From Polyangiaceae bacterium (lineage in GTDB: Bacteria; Myxococcota_A; Polyangia; Polyangiales; Polyangiaceae), in contig CBDCTZ010000016.1 of the NCBI GenBank assembly GCA_965222375.1, positions 1,088,001 to 1,152,000 on the forward strand: a stretch of DNA of 64,000 nt. Reading direction: 5' to 3'. The notes beneath the pieces were generated by a model that was not told the origin of the DNA, did no database searches, and saw only the letters and a list, made by a program, of their open reading frames with translations. Within the stretch, counting starts at the first letter, position 1. Every line of letters begins with the position of its first letter. Shown in pieces: positions 24,618 through 34,721 of this stretch. Position numbers and translations under genes: made by a program.

Positions 24618-26270
24618 ATGAACATCAAGCGCACACTCTTTGGGCTCATCGGCATCAGTTCCGCGCTCGCAGTGGCGTGTGCGTCGGATACTTCGGAGCC
24701 CAGCGGTCCGGGCACTCAGACCATCGACAACGACGACCTGGTCAAGCCTGAAGGTGGCAAGGCGGACGCGAGTCACCTGGCGGTATTCCTCGAGTTCGAG
24801 TTCGACGGCGAAGTCCTCGTATCGAGCACTTGGAATACCAAGAAGGCGATTGAAGACCAATTGCTGTACACGATTGGCCTGCTCAACGGCGAAAAGTCCG
24901 TTGGCCGCTTGGACATCGTCAAGCTCACGGATATCCAGACTGCGCCCGCTGCGGACGGTAAGACCCGCGTGACTTATCACGCCAAGCTGCCGGTTGCTTG
25001 GGGCAAGAAGGATAGCGTTCCCTCTACTTACACCCTGCGCTTGCCCAAGGATGGAACCTATTCCGGTTACGAATCCTTCACTGAGAAGTACAGCCACGAC
25101 TGCGTCGACTGGGGCGCTCACGACGTGGATGCCGGTAGCATGTGGTACTACTATCGGCCGGAAGCCTCGCGCTGCAATCTAGCGGATGATGACGTTGTCG
25201 ATCTCGTCGCTCAGGTAAGCCCAACCGGCACGCAGACCACGGGTAAGTACCCCGAGTACCAGAAGGTGTGGGAAGACGATGCCCTCAAGGTCGTAGCCAT
25301 CTACGGCAAGTACGAGGACAACGCGACTAGCAGTAGTGACGCAGGGATCGCGGCCTACAACGAGTTCATCAACGCGATGAAGACGCGGCTGCAGGACTCG
25401 AACCTGACTACCACCCCAGCGGACGTGCCCTATAGCCCGGGCGTGGACATGCCGGACATCGTATTCAACGCCACGCTGCCCGACGGCAAGAGCGTGGAAG
25501 TGACGGCCCTGCTCGTGGACAACGTGCGCACGGCGGGTGTGAGCTTCAACCAGCGCTACGCAGCGTTGACCCCCAGTGCGGATTTCATCGTCTACAACGG
25601 GCACGCGGGGCTCGGGGCGAACGTCCGGGCTTTGGCTCAAAAGGGCGAGTGGGTGCAAGGGCAATATGCCATCGTGTTCATGAACGGTTGCGACACCTAC
25701 GCGTACGTTGATTCGGAGCTGTGGGATGCCCACGCTGCCGTCAACCCCGACGATTCCGTCGGCACGAAGTACGTCGACATCGTGACGAACGCGATGCCGT
25801 CCTACTTCAGCAACATGCCTGAAGCCACGATGGCCATCTTCAATGGCCTGATGGCGCATGACGCGCCCACGACCTACGAGCAGATCTTCAAGGAGATCTC
25901 GAAGAGCCAGGTCGTTCTCGTCTCCGGCGAGGAGGACAACGAGTTCGTGCCCGGTGGCGGCGGCGGTACCCCCGAGGATTGGACGGGCATGGACGAATCC
26001 ACGTCGGTGTCCCGGGACCAAGAAGTCCGTTACGAAACGCCCACCCTTGCCGCAGGCACCTACGTGTTCAATCTGACCGGCAGCGGCGACGCCGACCTCT
26101 ACGTTCGAGTTGGCGAGGCGCCGACCACGTCTCTCTACGATTGCCGCCCCTATCGTTACGGTAGCAAAGAGAGCTGCGCGGTGGAGATCACCACGCCGGC
26201 ACCCGTGCACGTCATGGTGCGCGGCTGGGCGGGCAGCTCCGACGTGACCCTCGTCGGCGCCAAGGAGTGA
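24618..26270 (+). CDS. Lipoprotein with C-terminal PPC domain and a putative clan-CD-like His/Cys dyad
   Basis: AVAC lipobox, GGKAD motif, IVYNGHAG and IVFMNGCDT, C-terminal GDADLYVR...YDCRPY...ESC. Confidence 0.8.
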   Translation: MNIKRTLFGLIGISSALAVACASDTSEPSGPGTQTIDNDDLVKPEGGKADASHLAVFLEFEFDGEVLVSSTWNTKKAIEDQLLYTIGLLNGEKSVGRLDIVKLTDIQTAPAADGKTRVTYHAKLPVAWGKKDSVPSTYTLRLPKDGTYSGYESFTEKYSHDCVDWGAHDVDAGSMWYYYRPEASRCNLADDDVVDLVAQVSPTGTQTTGKYPEYQKVWEDDALKVVAIYGKYEDNATSSSDAGIAAYNEFINAMKTRLQDSNLTTTPADVPYSPGVDMPDIVFNATLPDGKSVEVTALLVDNVRTAGVSFNQRYAALTPSADFIVYNGHAGLGANVRALAQKGEWVQGQYAIVFMNGCDTYAYVDSELWDAHAAVNPDDSVGTKYVDIVTNAMPSYFSNMPEATMAIFNGLMAHDAPTTYEQIFKEISKSQVVLVSGEEDNEFVPGGGGGTPEDWTGMDESTSVSRDQEVRYETPTLAAGTYVFNLTGSGDADLYVRVGEAPTTSLYDCRPYRYGSKESCAVEITTPAPVHVMVRGWAGSSDVTLVGAKE

Positions 26271-26362
26271 GCCGCCGCCCGCAGCGGCGGGCCACTAACG
26301 CATCGGGCGCGAGCTGAGACAGCCGCACCCGATGTGCGTTTTTCGCAATGCGGGCAGGTGAC

Positions 26363-26998
26363 TCAATCCGCGGCTGCGTCTGAGGAAGCGTCCGATGGGG
26401 CATCCCCTCCCGTTTCGGTCCCGTCCGAAGCCGCGTCAGCGGAGGCTTCAGTCTCGGCGTCTGTGGCGTCGCTGCCCGCATCGACGCCAGCATCCGCCAA
26501 GGCTGCAAGGGCTTCGCAGTAGTCATCAGCGTTGCAATCCTCGCGGCAGAATTGGCAGTAGGTGCAGTCTTCCAGGGCCAGGTACTTCGCCTTGGCGTCA
26601 GGGAACTGGTTGGCGCAGGCGAGGACGCAAGCAGCGCCATCTTCGCTGAAGTCCAAACACGGGCCTGGGCCGCCATCCTCGTCGCCGGCCAGGGTACATT
26701 GAGCGATGGCGAGGCAGTCTGGGTCGGCATTGCAGGTCGCCACTGGCTCCGCGCAGCTGCAGCCCGCGTAGGTTTCGCCCTGACACGTGTCGCAACTTCC
26801 CGGGGCGCTGGGGCAACCGCTGTCTGCGCCGCCGTTGCCTGCGACGCCCCCGCCGCCGCTCGCGCCTCCGCTTGCCGCGTCTTGTCCGGCGTCTATGCCT
26901 CCCGCGACGGGTTCGTCCTCGCTACAGGCACCAACGCCGAGCAGCCATGACGCCAAGGCAGCGAGCAGCAAACCGCGAGTCGAGCCGCGCAGGGTCAT
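26363..26998 (-). CDS. Cys-rich lipoprotein with DA-rich tail
   Basis: VGAC lipobox; Gly linker; CxxC-rich helical module. Confidence 0.7.
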   Translation of the reverse strand: MTLRGSTRGLLLAALASWLLGVGACSEDEPVAGGIDAGQDAASGGASGGGGVAGNGGADSGCPSAPGSCDTCQGETYAGCSCAEPVATCNADPDCLAIAQCTLAGDEDGGPGPCLDFSEDGAACVLACANQFPDAKAKYLALEDCTYCQFCREDCNADDYCEALAALADAGVDAGSDATDAETEASADAASDGTETGGDAPSDASSDAAAD

Positions 26999-27029
26999 CG
27001 GGACGTTCTGTGGCGAATGCCGCGCGGGT

Positions 27030-28535
27030 TCATTTTGGTTTCGACAGCTCCGGCGGCACTGCAAATTCACGCTCCGTCACCATCTTGTCGTAAGCCATCC
27101 AGGCGCCGTATCCGAGCAGGGCGATCACGGCTGCGAACCCAATGATGACCATTGGGCCCTTCCGACGTGTGCCGAAGTTCGCGGGCGCCGGGATCGAGTC
27201 CCAGGTCAGATCGCGCTCCCGCGCGGGTGCGGGCAGGTCGGGGCTCGACGCCAGGCCCGGCGAAGATGGGAGGTTCGGCGAAGATGGGAGGTTCGGCGAA
27301 GATGGGTGGTTTGGTGAAGATGGCAGACCCGGAGATGGCGCGGGGACGGTTGGGCCCGGGACGTCATTGGGGATGGGCGAGGACATCACGTCGTCCACCC
27401 CCCGGTTCAACTCGGGGTTTTCTTGCGCGGCGGCCTGGGCCCGTTCGAGCATGCCCCGATCGATGGTGGGCGTGCGCAGCTCGCCTTCGATCAGCACCGA
27501 GTGGGAGCCGGTGCCGCCCTCGTAGACCTCGGCGACCAAGTCCGCGCGACTCTCGGCTGCATCTAGGGCGCGGGCGATCAGCTTCTTGCGCTTTGCAGTA
27601 CGGGACGCGAGCTTTTCGCTGACGTAGACGGCGACGTCGGACTGAGTGGTGGGACCGCAGAGTTGCACGATCGCGGTTTCCAAGGCCCGGTGCATTTCTT
27701 CCGCGGTCTTGAAGCGACCCTCCGGGCTGTAGGAGAGCGAGGTGTACACGATCTCCCCAATCTCCGGCGGCACGCCTCGAATCGGCTCCGGCGGCAAGCC
27801 TTTGACCAGCTGTGCCAGCGTTGCGAGTTGGTTGTCGCCCTCGTAGGGAGTGCGGCCGCTGAGCAGTTGATATAGCATGACGCCGGCAGCCCAGATGTCC
27901 GCCCGGGCGTCGACGTTCTTTCCAAGGGCCTGCTCGGGAGCCATATAGGCGACCTTGCCCTTGATGACGCCGGCGCTCGTTTCTTCACTCAGGCGATCGA
28001 TGGCCTTGGCGACGCCGAAATCAATCACCTTTACTTCGCCGCTCGTGCTGACCAACACGTTGGCGGGAGAGACGTCCCTGTGCACCACGCCGAGGGCGGA
28101 ACCGTCGTCGGATTTGATCTCGTGGGCCGCGTGCAGCCCGGCCAAGGTGTCCGAGACGATGCGAAGCACGATTCCGAGGGGGAGTTTCTCGCCTGAGCTA
28201 TGTACGACGCGACGCAGTGCAGCAACCGAGTCCCCATCGATCCACTCCAGGATGAGGTACATGAGGTCGCCCTCTTGGCCGAGATCGAGGATCTGCGCGA
28301 CGTTGGGGTGACGGATGTTCGCAATGATGCGCGCTTCGTCCAAGAACATCTTTTGAAAACGCGGATCCGCGGCATGCTGCGCAAGAATCGTTTTGACCGC
28401 CACCAGCTTCTCGAAGCCATGTCGTCCGGTCAGCCTGCCCACCCAGACCTGCGCCATCCCGCCCTGCGCGATGGGGCAGAGCATCTCGTAGCGGTCGAGC
28501 TTGCTACCTGGGGATAGGGGGCCTTCGTTGGACAT
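27030..28535 (-). CDS. Hanks-type Ser/Thr protein kinase with C-terminal TM helix
   Basis: AQGGMAQV, VAVK, HRDVSPANVL, DFG, YMAPEQ, DIWAAG. Confidence 0.95.
   Translation of the reverse strand: MSNEGPLSPGSKLDRYEMLCPIAQGGMAQVWVGRLTGRHGFEKLVAVKTILAQHAADPRFQKMFLDEARIIANIRHPNVAQILDLGQEGDLMYLILEWIDGDSVAALRRVVHSSGEKLPLGIVLRIVSDTLAGLHAAHEIKSDDGSALGVVHRDVSPANVLVSTSGEVKVIDFGVAKAIDRLSEETSAGVIKGKVAYMAPEQALGKNVDARADIWAAGVMLYQLLSGRTPYEGDNQLATLAQLVKGLPPEPIRGVPPEIGEIVYTSLSYSPEGRFKTAEEMHRALETAIVQLCGPTTQSDVAVYVSEKLASRTAKRKKLIARALDAAESRADLVAEVYEGGTGSHSVLIEGELRTPTIDRGMLERAQAAAQENPELNRGVDDVMSSPIPNDVPGPTVPAPSPGLPSSPNHPSSPNLPSSPNLPSSPGLASSPDLPAPARERDLTWDSIPAPANFGTRRKGPMVIIGFAAVIALLGYGAWMAYDKMVTEREFAVPPELSKPK
27261..27332. 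repeat. Coding 18-bp tandem repeat (about 4 units; PSSPNL-like) in the kinase linker
   Basis: CGAAGATGGGAGGTTCGG x2 plus two degenerate copies. Confidence 0.85.
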
Positions 28536-28652
28536 GCCGCGAACCGCGTTTTTCCCGTGTCGGGGGGATTCTTGCAAGGCTGCTTTTGCTCGGGGTGCTG
28601 GCGCGGGCTTCACGTGCTTGGTGAGGCGCCCGTACGGGTGTAGCCTAACTCC

Positions 28653-29150
28653 ATGGGCACCAACCCGATTTTGGGAATCGACGTGTATGTGGCCCTCGCA
28701 GCCGTCGGCTGGGCTGATGGCCAGCTGACACGCGAAGCCGCCGACGCAATTCTGAGAACCGCTTCGGAAGAGGGCATCGATCTCGATGCCCTCGCCAAGA
28801 TTGAAGAGGCCGTGAAAGAGCCCGTGGATGTGGGCGTCGTCGACCGCATGAACATGTCGAAGTCCGACCGTCTCTACGTCTACGCCGTGGCGTCGTGGAT
28901 AGCGGCAATTGATGGTCCCGCCTCCGAAGCCGCCCAAGACGCCCTCAACAAGCTGGGGGAAGCGCTGAGCGTTCCCGAGGCGCCGAGGCAGCACGCGGAT
29001 CAGATCATGCGTGAGGTTGCCGCTGAGGACTCCAGGCCTGAACGTTTCGATCTGAAGGTCCTGCGAGGGACCTTGGACGAGCGCCTGGAGGCAGCGCGCC
29101 AGGCACGCCTTGCCATGCTGGCCGAATCTTCCGATTCGGAGAAAGAATAG
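28653..29150 (+). CDS. TerB-like helical protein
   Basis: ALAAVGWADGQLT and WIAAIDG motifs resemble TerB (ADG..s..E) repeats. Confidence 0.55.
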   Translation: MGTNPILGIDVYVALAAVGWADGQLTREAADAILRTASEEGIDLDALAKIEEAVKEPVDVGVVDRMNMSKSDRLYVYAVASWIAAIDGPASEAAQDALNKLGEALSVPEAPRQHADQIMREVAAEDSRPERFDLKVLRGTLDERLEAARQARLAMLAESSDSEKE

Positions 29151-29160
29151 TCAGCGAACT

Positions 29161-30516
29161 TCAGGAATCGTCGTCGTCGTCTGCAGCAACCCGAAGTTCG
29201 AGAAGTCGAATCCGGCGTCGGCTTGCTTCGAGGACCGTGAAGGTTGCGCTACCCACCTGAGCGGAGTCGCCGATTCGGGGCGAGCGACCAATTTCCGATA
29301 GAACAAGACCCGCGACCGTGTCTTCGTCACGGTCCGAGAGTTCCAAGCCGATGGCTTGTTCGAGATCCATGACCAGGGTGGAGCCCGCCACGCGCCAAAC
29401 ACCGTCGTCCACCGCCACGACATCCGGGTGCTCTTCGTCGAATTCGTCCTGGATCTGCCCGACGATTTCCTCAATCACGTCTTCCAGAGACACGACGCCG
29501 CTGACGCCGCCGTATTCGTCCACAACCGCCGCCATATGCAGGCGTTCTTGACGCATTCGGCGCAGCAGTTTGTCGAGGGTCATGGTCTCGGGCACGAAGC
29601 TGATGTCGCGCTTGATGTCTTCCAAGGAAGTGAGCTTGGTGCGGGCGTAGAAGAGGTCCTTGATGTGCAGGAGTCCGATGACTTCGTCCAAGTCCCCCTT
29701 GCACAGCGGGAAGCGGGTGAAGGCGCTTTCCCTTGCGATATCGAGGTTCTCTTCCATGGAGCGCGTCAGAGACAGATAGGTGACATCTGCCCGTGGCACC
29801 ATGATGTGCCGTGCTACGCGATGTCCGAGCTCGAAGACGTTGTCCAGGAGCTCTCGGGTGTCTTTGTGCAGTTCACCCGCGTGTTCACTGCTGAGCAGCA
29901 GCCGCAACTCTTCCTCGCTGTGGGCGAGTTCCGACTCGGATACCGGGGAAATGCCGACGATGCGGAGAAGCGCGTTCGCTGTGTGGTTGAGGACCCAGAT
30001 GATGGGGTAGGTGAGTTTGTAGAAAGCGTACAAGGGAATCGCGAGCCACAGCGTGGTGGGCTCGGGCTTGCGAATGGCGAGAGACTTCGGTGCCAGTTCT
30101 CCCAGCACGATGTGGAGAACGGTGATGATCGCAAATGCCAGAGTGATGCTGACGGTCTGCGAGACTGCCGCTGACATGCCCGGCAATAGAGCCAGTACTG
30201 GCGAAAGCAGCCACGCGAACGCGGGTTCACCGATCCATCCCAACGCCAAGCTGGAAAGTGTGATGCCGAGCTGGCACGCGGACAGATAGGCGTCCAGGTG
30301 GCGGATCAAATGCATGCCGATCTTGCCGCGCATGTCGCCTCGCGCCGCATGAGGCTCCACCTGGGTCGGCCGCACTTTGACGATGGCAAATTCCGCCGCG
30401 ACGAAAAAACCGTTCAAGGCAACGAAGATCAAGCCCAAGGTGAGCCCAACCCACGGGTCCAGGCCTGGCTGCTCGGCGGGCAGGCCCCCGGAAAACGCTG
30501 ACGCGGTGGAGCTCAT
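29161..30516 (-). CDS. HlyC/CorC (CNNM-CBS-CorC) family transporter
   Basis: NGFFVAAEFA, QLGIT, GELAPK, IMVPR, TRFP, VVDEYGG..G.V.LED.IEEIVG.IQDE. Confidence 0.95.
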   Translation of the reverse strand: MSSTASAFSGGLPAEQPGLDPWVGLTLGLIFVALNGFFVAAEFAIVKVRPTQVEPHAARGDMRGKIGMHLIRHLDAYLSACQLGITLSSLALGWIGEPAFAWLLSPVLALLPGMSAAVSQTVSITLAFAIITVLHIVLGELAPKSLAIRKPEPTTLWLAIPLYAFYKLTYPIIWVLNHTANALLRIVGISPVSESELAHSEEELRLLLSSEHAGELHKDTRELLDNVFELGHRVARHIMVPRADVTYLSLTRSMEENLDIARESAFTRFPLCKGDLDEVIGLLHIKDLFYARTKLTSLEDIKRDISFVPETMTLDKLLRRMRQERLHMAAVVDEYGGVSGVVSLEDVIEEIVGQIQDEFDEEHPDVVAVDDGVWRVAGSTLVMDLEQAIGLELSDRDEDTVAGLVLSEIGRSPRIGDSAQVGSATFTVLEASRRRIRLLELRVAADDDDDS

Positions 30517-30717
30517 CTCCGGACCTGCGCCACCGCGCGATTCAATTCAGCGGATCTCAACCAACCAGTTGGAACCATAGGCCTCTTGTGGTCACGCGCG
30601 TCCCCCTAAAAGCGTGGTTCGCCAAACCTGCCACAAATTTTGGCAAATGACTGGCACTTTGCCCATGCTTGTCAAGAACTTGGCCCAGATCCCCCTGCTT
30701 CTATAAGTGAAGAGGGC

Positions 30718-30879
30718 ATGCTGGGGGCAGCAGAGTTGTGGGCGACCGGGGCAGTGATTGTCATCCTGGAGCTCGGCTACCTGCTGTGGTTCTCGGGGCG
30801 AAGCAAGCGCTTGGACAGTGGGCGCAGTACTCGGTTGGTCGAGGATGCGCGCCGCCTCGCCCTCCGAACCCGTCTCTAA
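30718..30879 (+). CDS. Small single-TM hypothetical protein
   Basis: GAAGAGG before the ATG; one hydrophobic helix then a basic tail; stop overlaps the convergent gene. Confidence 0.45.
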   Translation: MLGAAELWATGAVIVILELGYLLWFSGRSKRLDSGRSTRLVEDARRLALRTRL

Positions 30880-32456
30880 GGCGGCGTACTCGATCCGGGT
30901 GCCTTCTTGGCGTCATTGTCGTCCTCGTCGTCATCTCCAATCCCGAAGAAACTGCGAATGCGCCCGAGGATGTCTACCCGGGATGCAGCGCCCTCCGCTC
31001 GAGCGCGAGCTTCATCCAAGTTCTCCCGGGCGACGAGCAGTTCCGCCTGCCTTCGAGCCAAAACGTCCGCCAGCTGTTCCGCGACGTCCGGTCGTAGGGA
31101 CAGCACGCGTTTCACGTTGCGCTTGTCAACGCGGTAACACTCCACCGGGTCCAGTGCCACGATATTCGCGGCGCGTTTTTCTCCTGTGAGCAGGCTCATC
31201 TCACCCAGGAATGCACCCGGGCCCAGGCGGGCGACCTGGCTGCGTTGGGCCCCGGTCGTCACGACGACTCCAACGTGGCCTCGAGTGATGATGAAGAGGC
31301 ATTGCTCGTCGTCGCCTTCGTGGGTCAGGTATTCACCCGCCGCGAAGCGGAGCCGATCCATGTGCTCCGCCAGAATGTCGAGTTCTTTGGGTTGCAGCTC
31401 GTGGAACAGGTCCACGTGTCGCAAGGCTTCATGGCGGCGTCGGAGCTGCTCCGCCTGTTTGGTCTGCTTGCGTTCGGCTGTTTCTTCGGTCACGAAGAGC
31501 GCGTGGGCAGGGATACTGGGCGTAATTCCAGAACGCCCCAGCGCGAGTACGATGCGCGAAAGCACGCGGCTGTCTCCTGCGGCCTCGTTGTCCAAATCCG
31601 TCAAGAAGTAACGGGTGGCGTAGCGTGCGTAGCTCTCGCGGATCTCCACGAGCACGCAATCTGGCGCTGGAGACGGCGCAACTCCCTCTAGGGGCGCGTC
31701 CCTCAAGGCTGCCGTCACGATCGACATGACTTGGTGCGGGTCCTGGCGAAAGTCGACGTTGAAGTGAACCCACCGACGCCATTGGCGGGGCGAAAAAGCC
31801 CGACGACCAAGCACCCGCACCTGCTCCTTGACCAGCAAGCTGTTCGGAATGATCACCGTTTCCCAGTCGCGGGTTTCGATGGCGGTGTAGCGCCAACTGA
31901 TTTCCGTGACCATTCCTTCGCGCCCAGCGACATTGATCCAATCCCCAACACTGATGGAGTTGTCCGTCTGAAGCGCCAGGCCGCCGACGATGTTCCCCAA
32001 GGTGTCTTGCAACGCGAGCCCGATGACAGCGGTCAACACCGCCGATGTCGTGATCAGCCCAGACACGTTGTAGCCAGCCCGTGCAGCGATGCCGAACAGC
32101 ACGAACACGGTGGCAACGGCAACCATGACGTCCTGCAAGATCTTCGGCGGCGCCACACGTAGCCGCGGCAAGATCGTGCCGAACAGGATCACGCCTGCCA
32201 TGCTCACCGTCGCGACGCCCGCGAAGATCAGGCACGCCAGTCGCACGTCTCGGTACTGACCAGCCCCGGTGGCGCGCAGAGCGCCGACAACGGGAAGGAG
32301 CGCGAAGTGCAAGAATGCGAACAGCGCAATGCTGGCCAGTCGCCGCCGTGCAATGCCGACGCTGCGACCCACGATCATCGTGACCACCAGCCCCGCGAGC
32401 AGCAGAGCAGAATAGTCGTCGCTGGCTTCTGCCAGTATGCCGTCCCAAATCGACAT
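30876..32456 (-). CDS. Mechanosensitive channel MscS with C-terminal cNMP-binding domain
   Basis: IGLALQDTLGN, VGDWI, IIPNS; LGPGAFLGEMSLLTGEKRAA. Confidence 0.92.
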   Translation of the reverse strand: MSIWDGILAEASDDYSALLLAGLVVTMIVGRSVGIARRRLASIALFAFLHFALLPVVGALRATGAGQYRDVRLACLIFAGVATVSMAGVILFGTILPRLRVAPPKILQDVMVAVATVFVLFGIAARAGYNVSGLITTSAVLTAVIGLALQDTLGNIVGGLALQTDNSISVGDWINVAGREGMVTEISWRYTAIETRDWETVIIPNSLLVKEQVRVLGRRAFSPRQWRRWVHFNVDFRQDPHQVMSIVTAALRDAPLEGVAPSPAPDCVLVEIRESYARYATRYFLTDLDNEAAGDSRVLSRIVLALGRSGITPSIPAHALFVTEETAERKQTKQAEQLRRRHEALRHVDLFHELQPKELDILAEHMDRLRFAAGEYLTHEGDDEQCLFIITRGHVGVVVTTGAQRSQVARLGPGAFLGEMSLLTGEKRAANIVALDPVECYRVDKRNVKRVLSLRPDVAEQLADVLARRQAELLVARENLDEARARAEGAASRVDILGRIRSFFGIGDDDEDDNDAKKAPGSSTPP

Positions 32457-32558
32457 CCGCCGAGACGATAGCCTGGCCCTGGCTCGTCGGGTTACTGAGC
32501 GTCCGTCGCGGTCTTCTGCGCCTGTTGGGTGTGAAGCACTGGTCCTGCGGCTTCCGCT

Positions 32559-32852
32559 ATGACCAAGTTGGAAGCCGCCATCGAGGGTCACTGCCACCAC
32601 ATGGTGACGCACTCCTTCTGGGGCCACGATGCCCCGGAGGCCAGCATCAAGTCGGCCTGGACTCGAGCTAGCAAGTGCGGCACGAGTGCCAATGCCGAGA
32701 ACATTTATGCCGGCTCGAGCAACGCTACGAATGCGTTAAATACGTGGAAGGGCAGCTCCGGCCACAACGCAAACATGCTCAATGGTTCGCTCAAACGCAT
32801 CGGCATCGGGTTGTACGTCACGCATTGGGGCCAGCTTTTCGGCAATAGCTAG
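32559..32852 (+). pseudogene. N-terminally truncated CAP/SCP-domain ORF (remnant or minimal protein)
   Basis: HCHHM...FWGH, AENI, WKGSSGHNANML, IGIG, HWGQLFG; lacks the first CAP helix and a signal peptide; in-frame TGA at 32532. Confidence 0.55.
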
Positions 32853-32879
32853 AGTTCCCGCGCGCCAGCGCGGTATCCT

Positions 32880-34721
32880 ATGGCCATGAGTCGGCTGTCG
32901 GATGTGCGGGAACGCTTGCAAGCAGTCCGGGGGACAATCGCCGACGTTGCGCACCATCGTGACGACCCCATGTGGCAACACACGGTGCGAACGTCCTTGT
33001 CGCGCTTGCCCTCCGCGGTGGTGCACACCGTGCCCTGGCTGCTACGCGCGCGTTCGGGCGGGGATGCGAGCTTCGTCAAGATCGTGGACGACAACGCCAA
33101 GAAGCTGGGCGATGGGCTCGCACTGGAAATGGGGGAGCAGCAGTGGACCTGGCGGCAGCTCAGCGAACACTCGTCCCGAGTCGCTCACGTCCTCACTGCC
33201 CTTGGCGTCCGCGAAGGTCAGGTCGTCGCCTTGATCGGTCGGAACTCACCGGACTACCTCGCGACCCTGCTCGGGATCTCTCGCTTGGGTGCCACGGCAT
33301 CCCTCATCAACTACCACCTCGAAGGCGCGCCCCTCAGCCACGCGGTTTCTTCGTCTCGCGCTCGCGTAGTGCTTGCCGAAGAACCCTTCGTGAAGCCCGC
33401 CTCAGCGGCGGCGAGCGAGGCGCGAGTGCTTTCCTATCGCGACGGCGAGCTGGAAGATCGCATGCGGCGCGTGCCCTCTCGCGCCTTCCCGCGGGTCAAA
33501 GTCGGTGCCGATACCGACTTCGTCTACATCTTCACGTCCGGCACCACGGGCTTGCCGAAACCATGTCGTGTGACCCACGCCCGCGCCGTGCTCGCGGGCG
33601 CTGGCTTCGGGCCGTTGCTGTTCGAAATGGCCGAGGGCGACAAACTGTACTCGGTGCTGCCCCTGTATCACTCGAGTGCGTTGATGATCGGCGCGGGCTC
33701 CTGTTTCGTCACTAGGACGCCCTTGGCATTGCGAGAGAGCTTCAGCGCGTCGGCCTTCTGGCCCGACGTGAAGCGCTACCGCGCCACGAGCATCCTGTAC
33801 ATCGGCGAGTTGTGCCGCTACCTGTTGAACCAACCCGAATGTGAAGAGGAGCGTCACAACTCCGTCCGGGTCGCCGTAGGCAATGGGCTGCGCGCGGATG
33901 TGTGGGAGCCCTTTGCGGAACGATTCGGCATTTCGAACATCCGCGAGTTCTACAGCGCCACGGAGGCGCCGGGCGTCATCTTCAACCTGACGGGAAAAGT
34001 CGGCTCCGTCGGGCATGTGCCCATGCGTCGGCTGGGTTCGCTGAAGTTGGCGCGTTACGATGTGGAAGCAGACGAGCTGGTGCGCGGCGCAGATGGCTTT
34101 TGTGAGGAGTGTGCCGCCGACGAAGTCGGCGAGCTCCTGATCAAGCTGGTGGACAATCCGAAGAGCGCGCTGCGTGAATTCCGTGGCTACACTGACGGCC
34201 AGGCCACGAAGAAGAAGGTCCTGGAGAACGTGTTCAAGGAGGGGGATCGCTACTTTCGCTCTGGGGATCTGATGCGCTTTGACGCGCACGACTATTTCTA
34301 CTTCGTCGACCGCATCGGTGACACCTATCGCTGGAAGGGCGAGAACGTGTCCACGGCCGAGGTTGCGGAGATCATCAGCCGCGCGCCCGGCATCCTCGGC
34401 GCGACCGTGGTTGGAATCAGCGTGCCAGGATTGGAAGGTCGCTGTGGTCTGGCAGCCCTCGAGGTCGGTGGCGAGCTGAATCTGCAGGAGTTTTGGAAGA
34501 CCGCCCAAGAGCTGCCTAGCTACGCGCAGCCACGGTTTTTGCGGGTGCTTCCGGAGCTATCTACGACGGGCACCTTCAAGCTTCAGAAGACCGACCTGCG
34601 TCGGGACGGCGTCGATCCCGAGCGGGTGTCTGGACCGCTCTTCGTTCGCCAAGAAGGGGCCTACGTGCCTTTGACCCAGAAGTTGTGGGAGGGCGCAAAG
34701 CGGGGCACAGTGCGCTTGTGA
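32880..34721 (+). CDS. Long-chain acyl-CoA synthetase (FATP/VLACS family)
   Basis: YIFTSGTTGLPK, YIGELCRYL, GNGLR, EFYSATE, DRIGDTYRWKGENVST. Confidence 0.95.
   Translation: MAMSRLSDVRERLQAVRGTIADVAHHRDDPMWQHTVRTSLSRLPSAVVHTVPWLLRARSGGDASFVKIVDDNAKKLGDGLALEMGEQQWTWRQLSEHSSRVAHVLTALGVREGQVVALIGRNSPDYLATLLGISRLGATASLINYHLEGAPLSHAVSSSRARVVLAEEPFVKPASAAASEARVLSYRDGELEDRMRRVPSRAFPRVKVGADTDFVYIFTSGTTGLPKPCRVTHARAVLAGAGFGPLLFEMAEGDKLYSVLPLYHSSALMIGAGSCFVTRTPLALRESFSASAFWPDVKRYRATSILYIGELCRYLLNQPECEEERHNSVRVAVGNGLRADVWEPFAERFGISNIREFYSATEAPGVIFNLTGKVGSVGHVPMRRLGSLKLARYDVEADELVRGADGFCEECAADEVGELLIKLVDNPKSALREFRGYTDGQATKKKVLENVFKEGDRYFRSGDLMRFDAHDYFYFVDRIGDTYRWKGENVSTAEVAEIISRAPGILGATVVGISVPGLEGRCGLAALEVGGELNLQEFWKTAQELPSYAQPRFLRVLPELSTTGTFKLQKTDLRRDGVDPERVSGPLFVRQEGAYVPLTQKLWEGAKRGTVRL

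Noticed and set aside
30629..30645. TGCCA-N7-TGGCA palindrome and a possible metal riboswitch upstream of the corC-family gene
   Set aside because: Only a 5-bp arm, and no riboswitch consensus could be matched by eye.
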